From NCBI GenBank assembly GCA_041690135.1, contig JAWLHY010000017.1, positions 32,001 through 96,000 on the forward strand: a DNA stretch of 64,000 bases. Direction: 5' to 3'. The DNA comes from Armatimonadota bacterium (lineage in GTDB: Bacteria; Armatimonadota; SYMT01). Every line of letters begins with the position of its first letter. The stretch's first letter is position 1. The translations under genes were made by a program, and so were the position numbers. This document shows positions 1-8,496 of this stretch, one piece after another. Below the pieces are notes generated by a model. It made no database searches and had not been told where the DNA came from. It saw only the letters and a program-made list of their open reading frames with translations.

Positions 1-2569
1 GGCCCAACCCCGTACCAGTGCCTGCCGGCTTGGTAGTGAAAAAGGGCTCGAACACCCGCTGTTGGGTAGCGTGATCCATCCCGTGGCCGGTGTCGCTGAC
101 CGCCAGGAGCGCGTATCGACCCGGAGTCACGCCGGAGTGTGACTCCATTTGCGTGGGATCAACCTCCACCACTTCCGTCTCGATCACCAGGGTTCCGCCA
201 CGCGGCATAGCATCCCGGGCGTTCACGACCAGGTTCAATAATACCTGCTCGATCTGGCCGGGATCCGCCACCATGGCTACGGGCTCACCCTTGGGTGAAG
301 TCACCAATTGGACGTCCTCGCCGATCAGGCGCCGCAGCATGCCGCCCATGTTGCTGAGCACGGCCCGCAGGTCGAGCCGTCGAGGGGCGACTACCTGCTT
401 CCGACTGAAAGCGAGCAATTGACCGGTGAGACTCGCGGCACGCTCGCCTGCCTGTTGGATCTCCCGGAGTTGCAGTTTTGCTGCGCTGTCCAGATCCGGT
501 CGAGAGAGCAGGAGCTGCGAGTATCCGTTCACCACGGCGAGCATGTTGTTGAAGTCGTGCGCGACCCCGCCCGCCAGACGTCCCACGGCTTCCATCTTCT
601 GCGATTGGCGGAGCTGTTCTTCCAGTTCACGACCGGCGGTGATGTCGTGGAAAGTAGAAACTACCCCGTATTGCTCGCCATCCACATTCCGCATCGGATG
701 CGCGCTCACCAGCAGATGGCGCTTTTCGCCGGTGGGCAGTTGGGCCACCACCTCGACATCGCGCAGGGACTGTCCCCGTGTCGCGTAGGTAAGCGGCATA
801 TCTTCCGGCGCCATGGGCGTCGTGCCGTCGGAATGGAAGATCCGGAAACGGTCTGTCCATTCCGAAAACGGCAGGGGCAATGCGCCGACCCCGTATCGCT
901 CGCGAGCCGCCCGGTTGCAGTAGGTGAGCGTACCCGAGAGGTCGAAGGCCAGCACTCCCTCGGTGACGTTTTCCAGCACCGCGTCCAGCAGCCCTTGCTG
1001 CTCGCGGAGCGCCAATTCCAGACGCTTACGTTCGGTGATGTCTTCCCCAATACCAATCAGGCGCAGGGGTTGTCCCTCGGGATCCCGGAGTACATGCCCG
1101 CGGGAGGCGACCCACCGCTCTCCCAGGCCGGGTACCATCATTCGGAACTCGATAGCGAGGCCGGTGTTCTCCTGGATCGCACGATCCGAAGCCTGGATGA
1201 GCAGTTCTCGGTCTTCCGGTACAATCGCTTCCATGGACTCCGCAAGCGTTTGCGTCCAAGAATGCGGCTCACCGTCTTCCCGAATCTGGGAGTAGGCGGT
1301 CCAGGTGACCAGCCCATTGTGGAGGTCTCGGTCCCACACCCCCAGGCGAGCTGCAGTCATGGCAAAACGCAGCGTCTCTTCGCTTTCACGTTTGGCCCGC
1401 TCGGCTTGCAGGCGTTCCTCTACCAGACGCGCATGCTCCGCTTCCGCCTGGCACCGCTTGAGAGCACCGGCGCAGTGCTCTACGATCGTCTGGAGGGTCT
1501 TCAGATCCGCTTCGGTATAGCTGCCAGGTTCATAGCTCTGGATGGAGAGCGCGCCGATTTGGGCCTCTCCATCCCAGATCGGCACACAGAGAATGGACGC
1601 AGAGCGCCGGGACTCGTTCCCAAAGGTCGGTGGGTAGGAAGTGACGATTTCCAATTCCTCTGGAGAGCGGTTGATCAGAAAGGGACCCTCCTGAAGGCTC
1701 CGCCAGATCATGCCACCCGGCGTCATCTTGTGAATCCTGGAAGTAACTTCCACCCGCTCACCTGCAATCCGGTCCATCAGCAGTACCGGCTCGATGCGGG
1801 ACTGATCGGGAATACAGAGGTTGAGCCATGCGGCGTCCCATCCCAGTAGCCGATCGGCTGTCTCCAGAATCGCTTGCGCCGCATCTTTAGGAGTGGTGAC
1901 TCGGTTAAGTTGTTGGATGAGGCCGCGGAGTTCGGAGTCCCGGTGGCGAGCTTGTTCTTCACTTTCGGCCTGTTCCCAACGGGCGGCGATCATGTCGCCG
2001 AGCATCCGCAAGGCCCGCGTGTCTTCCGCCTTCCAGGCACGCGTTCCCCGGACGTCATCGAATCCCATGAAGCCCACCAACCGACCATCGGAGAAGAAGA
2101 TGGGAACAACGAGCAGGGAATGGACGGACTGTGCCTCCAGGCACCGCCGCTCGCCGTTGGCGGCATCGGGCAACTTCGACACATCGGGGATCGTGAGGTT
2201 GGCGCCCGCGTGTAACTGTTCCATCCACCAGGGGAAATGGGCCGCTTCCAGTCCCTGAAGTGTCTCAATCGGGCGTTCCGCGCCCCGGTTGCACCACTCG
2301 TGGGTGTTGTCGAGGATGCGTCCATCCTCCCGAATGCGGAAAAGGTAGGCCCGATCCGCGGCGACCGCTTCACCCAGCAGGCGCAGCACCCCGGTCAGGT
2401 CAGGGGTCGCGGAGTGGACCAGGAGCCGGAAGGCAGCAGCAATTGCCTCCTCCACTGCCAGGCGGTAGCGCAGCCGATCTGTGGAGGCTTCCAGCAGTTG
2501 GTGCAGATACTGGCGCTCAGCCGGCTGATCTTCCGGTTCACAGTTTGGAGTTCGTGTCCTTCGCGTCAC
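1..2569 (-). CDS. GAF/PAS-domain sensor histidine kinase (CckA-like hybrid type), 3' end beyond window start
   Basis: Not in the ORF track because it is open at the edge. My minus-strand translation from GTG 2569 (GGAG upstream) gives a GAF motif (DRAYLF...DNTHEWC...FPWWM), H-box QSQKMEAVGRLAGGVAHDFNNML, N-box QIEQVLLNLVVNARDAM, G1 VSDTGHGM and F/G2 FEPFFTTKPAGTGTGLG; start and G2 box are in the same frame. Confidence 0.93.
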   Translation of the reverse strand, partial: MTRRTRTPNCEPEDQPAERQYLHQLLEASTDRLRYRLAVEEAIAAAFRLLVHSATPDLTGVLRLLGEAVAADRAYLFRIREDGRILDNTHEWCNRGAERPIETLQGLEAAHFPWWMEQLHAGANLTIPDVSKLPDAANGERRCLEAQSVHSLLVVPIFFSDGRLVGFMGFDDVRGTRAWKAEDTRALRMLGDMIAARWEQAESEEQARHRDSELRGLIQQLNRVTTPKDAAQAILETADRLLGWDAAWLNLCIPDQSRIEPVLLMDRIAGERVEVTSRIHKMTPGGMIWRSLQEGPFLINRSPEELEIVTSYPPTFGNESRRSASILCVPIWDGEAQIGALSIQSYEPGSYTEADLKTLQTIVEHCAGALKRCQAEAEHARLVEERLQAERAKRESEETLRFAMTAARLGVWDRDLHNGLVTWTAYSQIREDGEPHSWTQTLAESMEAIVPEDRELLIQASDRAIQENTGLAIEFRMMVPGLGERWVASRGHVLRDPEGQPLRLIGIGEDITERKRLELALREQQGLLDAVLENVTEGVLAFDLSGTLTYCNRAARERYGVGALPLPFSEWTDRFRIFHSDGTTPMAPEDMPLTYATRGQSLRDVEVVAQLPTGEKRHLLVSAHPMRNVDGEQYGVVSTFHDITAGRELEEQLRQSQKMEAVGRLAGGVAHDFNNMLAVVNGYSQLLLSRPDLDSAAKLQLREIQQAGERAASLTGQLLAFSRKQVVAPRRLDLRAVLSNMGGMLRRLIGEDVQLVTSPKGEPVAMVADPGQIEQVLLNLVVNARDAMPRGGTLVIETEVVEVDPTQMESHSGVTPGRYALLAVSDTGHGMDHATQQRVFEPFFTTKPAGTGTGLG

Positions 2570-2857
2570 CCTGTATTCTCCCCCAACACCGCACTCAGGC
2601 GAGGTTGGTTTGTTGTGCCGAATGCATTACTATCGAATCGGGGTGTAATGTTCCGCCGCGGGTAATGCGTTCCGGGTTTCTCATTCGTCGCCCTGGCACC
2701 TTAACTCAACCGCCAATCGCGGACGGGGACGAAAACCCTCAGCGACAGGAACTCGCAGGTCTCGCGTGGAACGGAACAGAAACGCCTTCCGGCAATGCCG
2801 CCGGAACACCAGGGCAAGGATGACCACCGACCGGAAGTTGCAGCGGAGCAGCATCGA

Positions 2858-3676
2858 ATGAAGTTTACGGCGAAGCAGGAGTTCCTGGCAGAGTTGCTCG
2901 GAACGATGGTACTGATCCTGTTCGGGTGCGGCGTGGTCGCCATGGTGACCCTTTTCCCGAGCCAACCCGCGGTTCCGGGAGAGGTGGTCCGGGGCGGCTA
3001 CACCAACGTCACCTTTGCGTGGGGTCTGGCGGTCACGATGGGGATCTATATCTCCGGCACCGTCTCCGGAGCGCATCTCAATCCCGCGGTTACTTTGGCG
3101 CTGGCCGCGACCGGCCGGTTTCCATGGAGTAAGATAGGGCACTACCTGGCCGGACAGTTCCTGGGAGCTTTTGCCGGCGCCGCCCTGGTCTTCGCCGTCT
3201 ATCACGGGCAATGGGTGCAGATCGATCCCGGCCTCGAGCGCACCGCGGGCGTGTTTTCCACGTTCCCGGCAGTCCCCGGCTTCTGGCCCGGCTTTCTCGA
3301 TCAGGTGATTGGGACCGCCCTGCTGATGGGCCTGATCCTGGCGATCGCCGACAAGCTGAACAATCCGCTTGGAGCGCCGTTCGCGCCGGCACTGGTGGGT
3401 CTTCTGGTGGTCGCCATCGGGATGTCATTCGGCGGCATGCACGGCTATGCGATCAACCCGGCCCGCGACCTCGGGCCGCGGCTCTTCAGCGTGGTCGCCG
3501 GTTTCAAGAATAACGGCCTGGTTGGCTCCACCGTTTGGTTAGTGCCGGTCATCGGACCCCTCGTCGGGGCGCTGGTCGGCGCGTGGACCTATGACGCCAC
3601 CATCGGTCGTGCGCTGACCCAGGCTCATGCCACTCAAGGGACCGTGCATGGCATGGATCCCAGCCATCAAGAGTAA
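2858..3676 (+). CDS. glpF: Glycerol uptake facilitator (MIP/aquaglyceroporin)
   Basis: Two NPA motifs ([23 protein letters not shown], with the Asp typical of glyceroporins). ATG at 2858 after GGAG. Adjacent to glpK. Confidence 0.95.
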   Translation: MKFTAKQEFLAELLGTMVLILFGCGVVAMVTLFPSQPAVPGEVVRGGYTNVTFAWGLAVTMGIYISGTVSGAHLNPAVTLALAATGRFPWSKIGHYLAGQFLGAFAGAALVFAVYHGQWVQIDPGLERTAGVFSTFPAVPGFWPGFLDQVIGTALLMGLILAIADKLNNPLGAPFAPALVGLLVVAIGMSFGGMHGYAINPARDLGPRLFSVVAGFKNNGLVGSTVWLVPVIGPLVGALVGAWTYDATIGRALTQAHATQGTVHGMDPSHQE

Positions 3677-3687
3677 AGGAGCTCTCG

Positions 3688-5175
3688 ATGTACGTTCTCG
3701 CCCTCGACCAGGGAACCACGTCTTCACGCGCCATCCTGTTCGACCGGGATGGCGCAACGGTAGCGGTCGCGCAGAAGGAGTTCCGTCAGATCTTCCCACA
3801 GCCCGGCTGGGTGGAGCATGACGCCGAAGAGATCTGGAGCACGCAGATCGGCGTGGTCCACGAAGTGCTGGCCCGCGCTGGCGCTCGGGCCGCCGACATC
3901 GCGGCCCTGGGGATCACCAACCAGCGGGAAACGACCGTCATCTGGGACCGCGCTACCGGCCGCCCAATCCATCATGCCATCGTCTGGCAGGACCGCCGTA
4001 CCGCGGGCCTCTGCGACCAACTCCGCGCCGATGGCCTGGTGGAGACCTTCCAGCAGAAGACGGGACTGCTGCTCGACGCCTACTTCTCCGGGACGAAGGT
4101 CCGGTGGCTCCTCGATCACGTGCCCGGCGCCCGGGAGCGAGCCCAACGCGGGGAACTGGCGTTCGGGACTATCGACTCGTGGCTCATGTGGAACCTTACG
4201 GGCGGCGCGCTCCATCTCACCGACGCCACCAACGCCTCCCGTACGCTGTTGTACAACATCCACACCGGAGACTGGGATGAGGAGCTGCTCTCGATCCTCG
4301 ACGTGCCGCGCTCGCTGCTTCCGGAAGTTCGCCCCTCCAGTGAGATCTATGGCGAGACCGCGGCAGGCCTCTTCGGAGACCGGATCCGGCTGGCCGGGAT
4401 CGCGGGCGATCAGCAGGCCGCGCTCTTTGGGCAGGCGTGCCTCGGCTCCGGAATGGCGAAGAACACTTACGGCACCGGCTGCTTCATGCTGTTGAACACC
4501 GGCGAGCGGGCGGTTCCTTCGACTAACCAGCTTCTCACCACTGTCGCCTGGAAGCGGGGAGACCGTACCGACTACGCCCTCGAAGGGAGCATTTTTGTGG
4601 CGGGCGCTGTCGTCCAATGGTTGCGGGACGGCCTCGGCCTCATCCGCACCTCCGCGGAAGTCGAAAGCCTGGCTCAGAGCGTGGAAGACAACGGCGGGGT
4701 CTACCTTGTCCCGGCCTTTGTCGGCCTGGGTGCACCGCATTGGGACAGCTACGCCCGCGGCGCCGTGATGGGGCTCACCCGCGGCTCCACTCGCGGCCAC
4801 CTGGCCCGCGCCGCCCTGGAGAGCATCGCCTACCAGACGGCGGATGTTCTGCACGCCATGGAGCAGGACGCGGGCCTCCGGCTCTCCGAACTGCGCGTGG
4901 ATGGCGGCGCCTCCACCAACAACCTGCTGATGCAGTTCCAGGCCGACGTGCTCGGCGTGCCGGTAGTCCGCCCGAAGACCACGGAGACGACCGCTCTCGG
5001 CGCAGCCTATCTGGCAGGACTGGCCGTTGACTTCTGGAAAGGTACGGACGAGATCACTACCCAGTGGGCCGTGGACCGCCGCTTCGAGCCGCAGATGGAC
5101 CCCGGCCGCCGGGAATCGCTGTTGGCCGGTTGGCGCAAGGCCGTCGAACGCTCCAGGAATTGGGAAGAATCCTGA
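3688..5175 (+). CDS. glpK: Glycerol kinase
   Basis: [46 protein letters not shown] motifs; AAGGAG RBS. Confidence 0.97.
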   Translation: MYVLALDQGTTSSRAILFDRDGATVAVAQKEFRQIFPQPGWVEHDAEEIWSTQIGVVHEVLARAGARAADIAALGITNQRETTVIWDRATGRPIHHAIVWQDRRTAGLCDQLRADGLVETFQQKTGLLLDAYFSGTKVRWLLDHVPGARERAQRGELAFGTIDSWLMWNLTGGALHLTDATNASRTLLYNIHTGDWDEELLSILDVPRSLLPEVRPSSEIYGETAAGLFGDRIRLAGIAGDQQAALFGQACLGSGMAKNTYGTGCFMLLNTGERAVPSTNQLLTTVAWKRGDRTDYALEGSIFVAGAVVQWLRDGLGLIRTSAEVESLAQSVEDNGGVYLVPAFVGLGAPHWDSYARGAVMGLTRGSTRGHLARAALESIAYQTADVLHAMEQDAGLRLSELRVDGGASTNNLLMQFQADVLGVPVVRPKTTETTALGAAYLAGLAVDFWKGTDEITTQWAVDRRFEPQMDPGRRESLLAGWRKAVERSRNWEES

Positions 5176-5231
5176 ATGGATAGGGGTAAGGATAAAGAGG
5201 GTTACCTCAAGGACCCCTTGATGTCTCCTTT

Positions 5232-6206
5232 TTGAGGGCTCCCGCTTGGGACTTCGCATCCTGTAGAAGGCACGCGTTGACCAATGAACCGGAAATTCGC
5301 ATCGAGCTGATGGAGGCCGCTACGCTTCGGCGCGTGTGGTGGGTTTCCGGCGCCATCGAGGGAATGCTCGAATGGACGCTCGACCACGCGGGTTGGGGGC
5401 GCGTCTTCGGCACCGAGCAAGCCAGGTTCAATGGCGAAACGGCCTGGAAGGATCTCGCATTCGGTCACGGCCTTGTTTCCTGGTTGGACTTTACGCTGGA
5501 GACGCCAGACGGTCCGTTGCCGGTGCGGATCGAGCGGTATTTACGGAGCCGTCAAGTGGTGGCCTTGCGCGTTTCCGTGGAGGGCATACCGGTCTATGTG
5601 GAAGGGGACCGGGCCTTCCTCTCACCGGACCCTCCGGGTCTCCCCATCCCGGCCGGCCCCCCGACCGTGTCAGCGGCCGAGTTGCCGGTGCCCACCGACG
5701 GTGTATTGGACGCACCCTCCAGCCGCGACTTGCGTCCGCCGTCCCCTTCACTTGCCGACAAGCTGCGTCTGGTTGGTGCATTGGGGGCGCTGGTGCTCGC
5801 TGCCGCACCATTCGTGGGGTTCTATATGGATTGCCAACGAGCCTATGGCGACACCGAGTTGGTTCGCATGGCGGCTATGGGAAATGTTGCCGAGGTGCGA
5901 GCTCGCCTGGAGCGGGGATCTCCAGCCAACGCTTGCCACCTCGAAGGAAGCTCCGCATTCTGGTGGGCGGTGAACGGCGGGAGTCTGGAGACGGTATTGC
6001 TTCTTCTCGAGCACGGTGCAGACGTGAACTCTCGCGGCCAGTTCAACACCGTGATCGAAGAGGCACTGGTCAACATCGATCACAAAGATGGGAGGCCGGG
6101 AAAGGCCATCGCAATGGCACTCCTCGACCGCGCGTCCCAAATCCGGGATCCGAAGCAGCTGGCCATCTTGAGGGAAGCCGTCACCGGCGTGTACTTTTGC
6201 CAGTGA
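5232..6206 (+). CDS. Hypothetical single-pass membrane protein with C-terminal ankyrin repeats (start uncertain)
   Basis: Hydrophobic segment LVGALGALVLAAAPFVGFY, then ankyrin-like AAMGNVAEVRARLERG and AVNGGSLETVLLLLEHGADVNSRG. Confidence 0.65.
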   Translation: MRAPAWDFASCRRHALTNEPEIRIELMEAATLRRVWWVSGAIEGMLEWTLDHAGWGRVFGTEQARFNGETAWKDLAFGHGLVSWLDFTLETPDGPLPVRIERYLRSRQVVALRVSVEGIPVYVEGDRAFLSPDPPGLPIPAGPPTVSAAELPVPTDGVLDAPSSRDLRPPSPSLADKLRLVGALGALVLAAAPFVGFYMDCQRAYGDTELVRMAAMGNVAEVRARLERGSPANACHLEGSSAFWWAVNGGSLETVLLLLEHGADVNSRGQFNTVIEEALVNIDHKDGRPGKAIAMALLDRASQIRDPKQLAILREAVTGVYFCQ

Positions 6207-6446
6207 CCGTCTGCACAACGAACCTCTGTACGAAACCAAAAGCGAGTCCGGCACCAGGGAGCAGTTCCCGGCGTGCATCATGGACTGCTGCCCCATCGCT
6301 TGGGCCGAGGCGCTTCATGGTTGGTCGACGGGTGCGTCGCCGCGATTTGGGGAAGGCACTGCGACCATTCCCCTACATCCTTCCCGCTGCCCGATGCCGG
6401 GTGGACGGGCGCGAGCCAAATCGGTCACCTGATTCCGCGGTGCTGG

Positions 6447-6965
6447 CTAACGCGAAATGCTGATTTGCCCGTACATCAGGCCGCATACGAAAAAGGCGGT
6501 GTTGGAGATGACGAACTGAAGTGCTAGGGAAACCAGCGCGGCGAAGAGCCCGGGCACCAGGAGCTTGCCTCGCGGCATGCGGGTCATGCGGAACTCGCGC
6601 CACCGGGCGTGCTGGCTTGCGGCGATGGCGGCGACGAGGACCACGGAGGCGATCTTGCCCGCCAAGAATAGCGCGCGGTGAGCGCCGGCGTCCTGCGGAT
6701 CAATCAGGCCGCTGGCGCTCACCCAGTGGATCCCGAAAGCCAGAACCACCGCGGCGAAGAGCACTCCCAGCAGCGTCCAGCCGGTGCGGCCGCGCAGCCC
6801 GAGGTAGCGATAGTTGAAGGCCAGCAGCCCGCCTCCACCGAGGACGCCGAAGAGCAGAGTGAAGGCGACGAGGGTCCAGGGGTTCCAGGGCCGGTCGAAG
6901 GAAGGGACATCCGCCGGCGCGGAGCGGGCCGGGGTTAACAGTGATTCGTCGGCGGAGAGGCTCAT
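6447..6965 (-). CDS. Hypothetical multi-pass membrane protein
   Basis: Four to five hydrophobic segments; starts 3 bp after the DUF1501 stop. Confidence 0.7.
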   Translation of the reverse strand: MSLSADESLLTPARSAPADVPSFDRPWNPWTLVAFTLLFGVLGGGGLLAFNYRYLGLRGRTGWTLLGVLFAAVVLAFGIHWVSASGLIDPQDAGAHRALFLAGKIASVVLVAAIAASQHARWREFRMTRMPRGKLLVPGLFAALVSLALQFVISNTAFFVCGLMYGQISISR

Positions 6966-6968
6966 GGT

Positions 6969-8465
6969 CTATGCGATGATTTCCTGGATGGGGTGGCCGT
7001 GGTCCATCTCCAGCCGCTTGCGCCCGGGGATTTCCAACCGGCGCGAATCGAGTCCCAGTTGGTGCAGCACGGTGGCATGGATATCCGTAACGTAGTGTCG
7101 GTTCTCCACCGCGTGGAAGCCCAACTCATCGGTCGCCCCGTGTGTGATGCCGCCTTTGACGCCGCCGCCCGCCAGCCAGGCACAGAAGCCCTGAGGGTGA
7201 TGGTCGCGACCGGTGCCTTCGGCTCCTGGTGTGCGGCCGAACTCGGTGCCCCACACCACCAGGGTGTCCTTCAGCATACCCCGGCGTTTGAGGTCCTTCA
7301 AGAGCCCGGCGATGGGAAGGTCCACCTGTTCCGCCAGCCGCGTGTGGTTGGCCTTGATGCCGGAGTGCGCGTCCCACGCGCCGCCGCCTCCGCCGCCGTG
7401 GAATAGCTGGACGAAGCGCACGCCCCGCTCAACCAGCCGCCGCGCCACCAGGCACTGCTCCCCGAAGCTGCGAGTGGTGGGGTTCTCCAGGCCGTAAAGC
7501 TGTTTCGTCTCTTTTGACTCGCGATCCAGGTCCACGGTCTCGGGCACCGCCCGCTGCATCATGAACGCCAACTCGTACGCCTTGATGCGGGCGCGCAGTT
7601 GAGCATCGTCCGGGTAGTCGATCCCCGAAAGGCGGTTGAGACGCCCCAGCAGACTGAACGCCTCCGCCTGCTCGTCCTCGGCCACGCTGTTGGCATGGGG
7701 ACTGATGAAGGGGAGCGGGTTCTTGGGGTCGGTATTCAGCCGGACCCCTGCGTATTCGGGGCCGAGGTAGCCGGAGCCGAAGGTCCACGTCCCCCCGCAG
7801 CAGTCACCGGTCGGCTGACCCAGCACCACGTATTCCGGCAGGTTCTCATTTAGGGTTCCCAGCCCGTAACTCACCCACGACCCCAGGGTGGGCACCCCGC
7901 CCTCACGGGGATGGCGGCCGGTCTGCCAGGTGAGCTGCGCGCCATGGTCATTGTGGATGGTCCAGAGCGAGCGCACCACCGCCAAGTCATCCGCGCATTC
8001 CCCTACGTGGCGGAACCAGTCGCCGACCACCAGGCCGCATTGTCCATAGGGCTTGTAGCCGGTTTGCAACGGCATGAGAGTCTTGCGGTCGCCGTGCCGT
8101 GGGTTCGCGCCGATCAGGATACCATCCACTCGCTTCGGGTCCAGCACGTCCTTATAGGGCGTCTCCTCGATCGACTTGCCCGCGTACTTGTTGAGCTCCG
8201 GCTTGACGTCGAACGACTCCAGGTGGCTCACCCCGCCGCACAGGAAGATCCAGATAACGGACTTTGCCCGTGGAGTGGAGTGGGGCGAGGGACCCTTTGC
8301 GAAGGGTGAAGTGCGAGGTGCGAGGGACGAAGTGTCGGTACCTGCATCCGCGCGCGCGACCCCATCACGGAATAGCATGGAACCGAGCACCAGGCCCGTG
8401 AAGCCCATGCCCGTATCGGCCAGGAAAGAGCGTCGTGTCACGCCCGGACAACGCAATTCCGCCAT
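6969..8465 (-). CDS. DUF1501 family protein with Tat signal peptide
   Basis: TRRSFL Tat motif; AKSVIWIFLCGGVSHLESFD, ARRLVERGVRFVQ, WDAH, TEFGRTP, GRDHHP. ATG 8465 with GGAGAGG RBS. Confidence 0.93.
   Translation of the reverse strand: MAELRCPGVTRRSFLADTGMGFTGLVLGSMLFRDGVARADAGTDTSSLAPRTSPFAKGPSPHSTPRAKSVIWIFLCGGVSHLESFDVKPELNKYAGKSIEETPYKDVLDPKRVDGILIGANPRHGDRKTLMPLQTGYKPYGQCGLVVGDWFRHVGECADDLAVVRSLWTIHNDHGAQLTWQTGRHPREGGVPTLGSWVSYGLGTLNENLPEYVVLGQPTGDCCGGTWTFGSGYLGPEYAGVRLNTDPKNPLPFISPHANSVAEDEQAEAFSLLGRLNRLSGIDYPDDAQLRARIKAYELAFMMQRAVPETVDLDRESKETKQLYGLENPTTRSFGEQCLVARRLVERGVRFVQLFHGGGGGGAWDAHSGIKANHTRLAEQVDLPIAGLLKDLKRRGMLKDTLVVWGTEFGRTPGAEGTGRDHHPQGFCAWLAGGGVKGGITHGATDELGFHAVENRHYVTDIHATVLHQLGLDSRRLEIPGRKRLEMDHGHPIQEIIA
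8293..8335. repeat. 7-bp tandem array plus small hairpin inside DUF1501 gene
   Basis: gaagggt gaagtgc gaggtgc gagggac gaagtgt (8301-8335) overlapping ccctt-tgcg-aaggg (8293-8306). Confidence 0.7.
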
Positions 8466-8496
8466 GTCGTGCACCTCTCCTACGTCGCTGTCCTGT

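Noticed and set aside
308-1849. 513-aa plus-strand ORF
   Set aside because: Antisense shadow of the histidine kinase; no recognisable motifs.
3724-5259. 511-aa minus-strand ORF
   Set aside because: Antisense shadow of glpK, expected in high-GC DNA.
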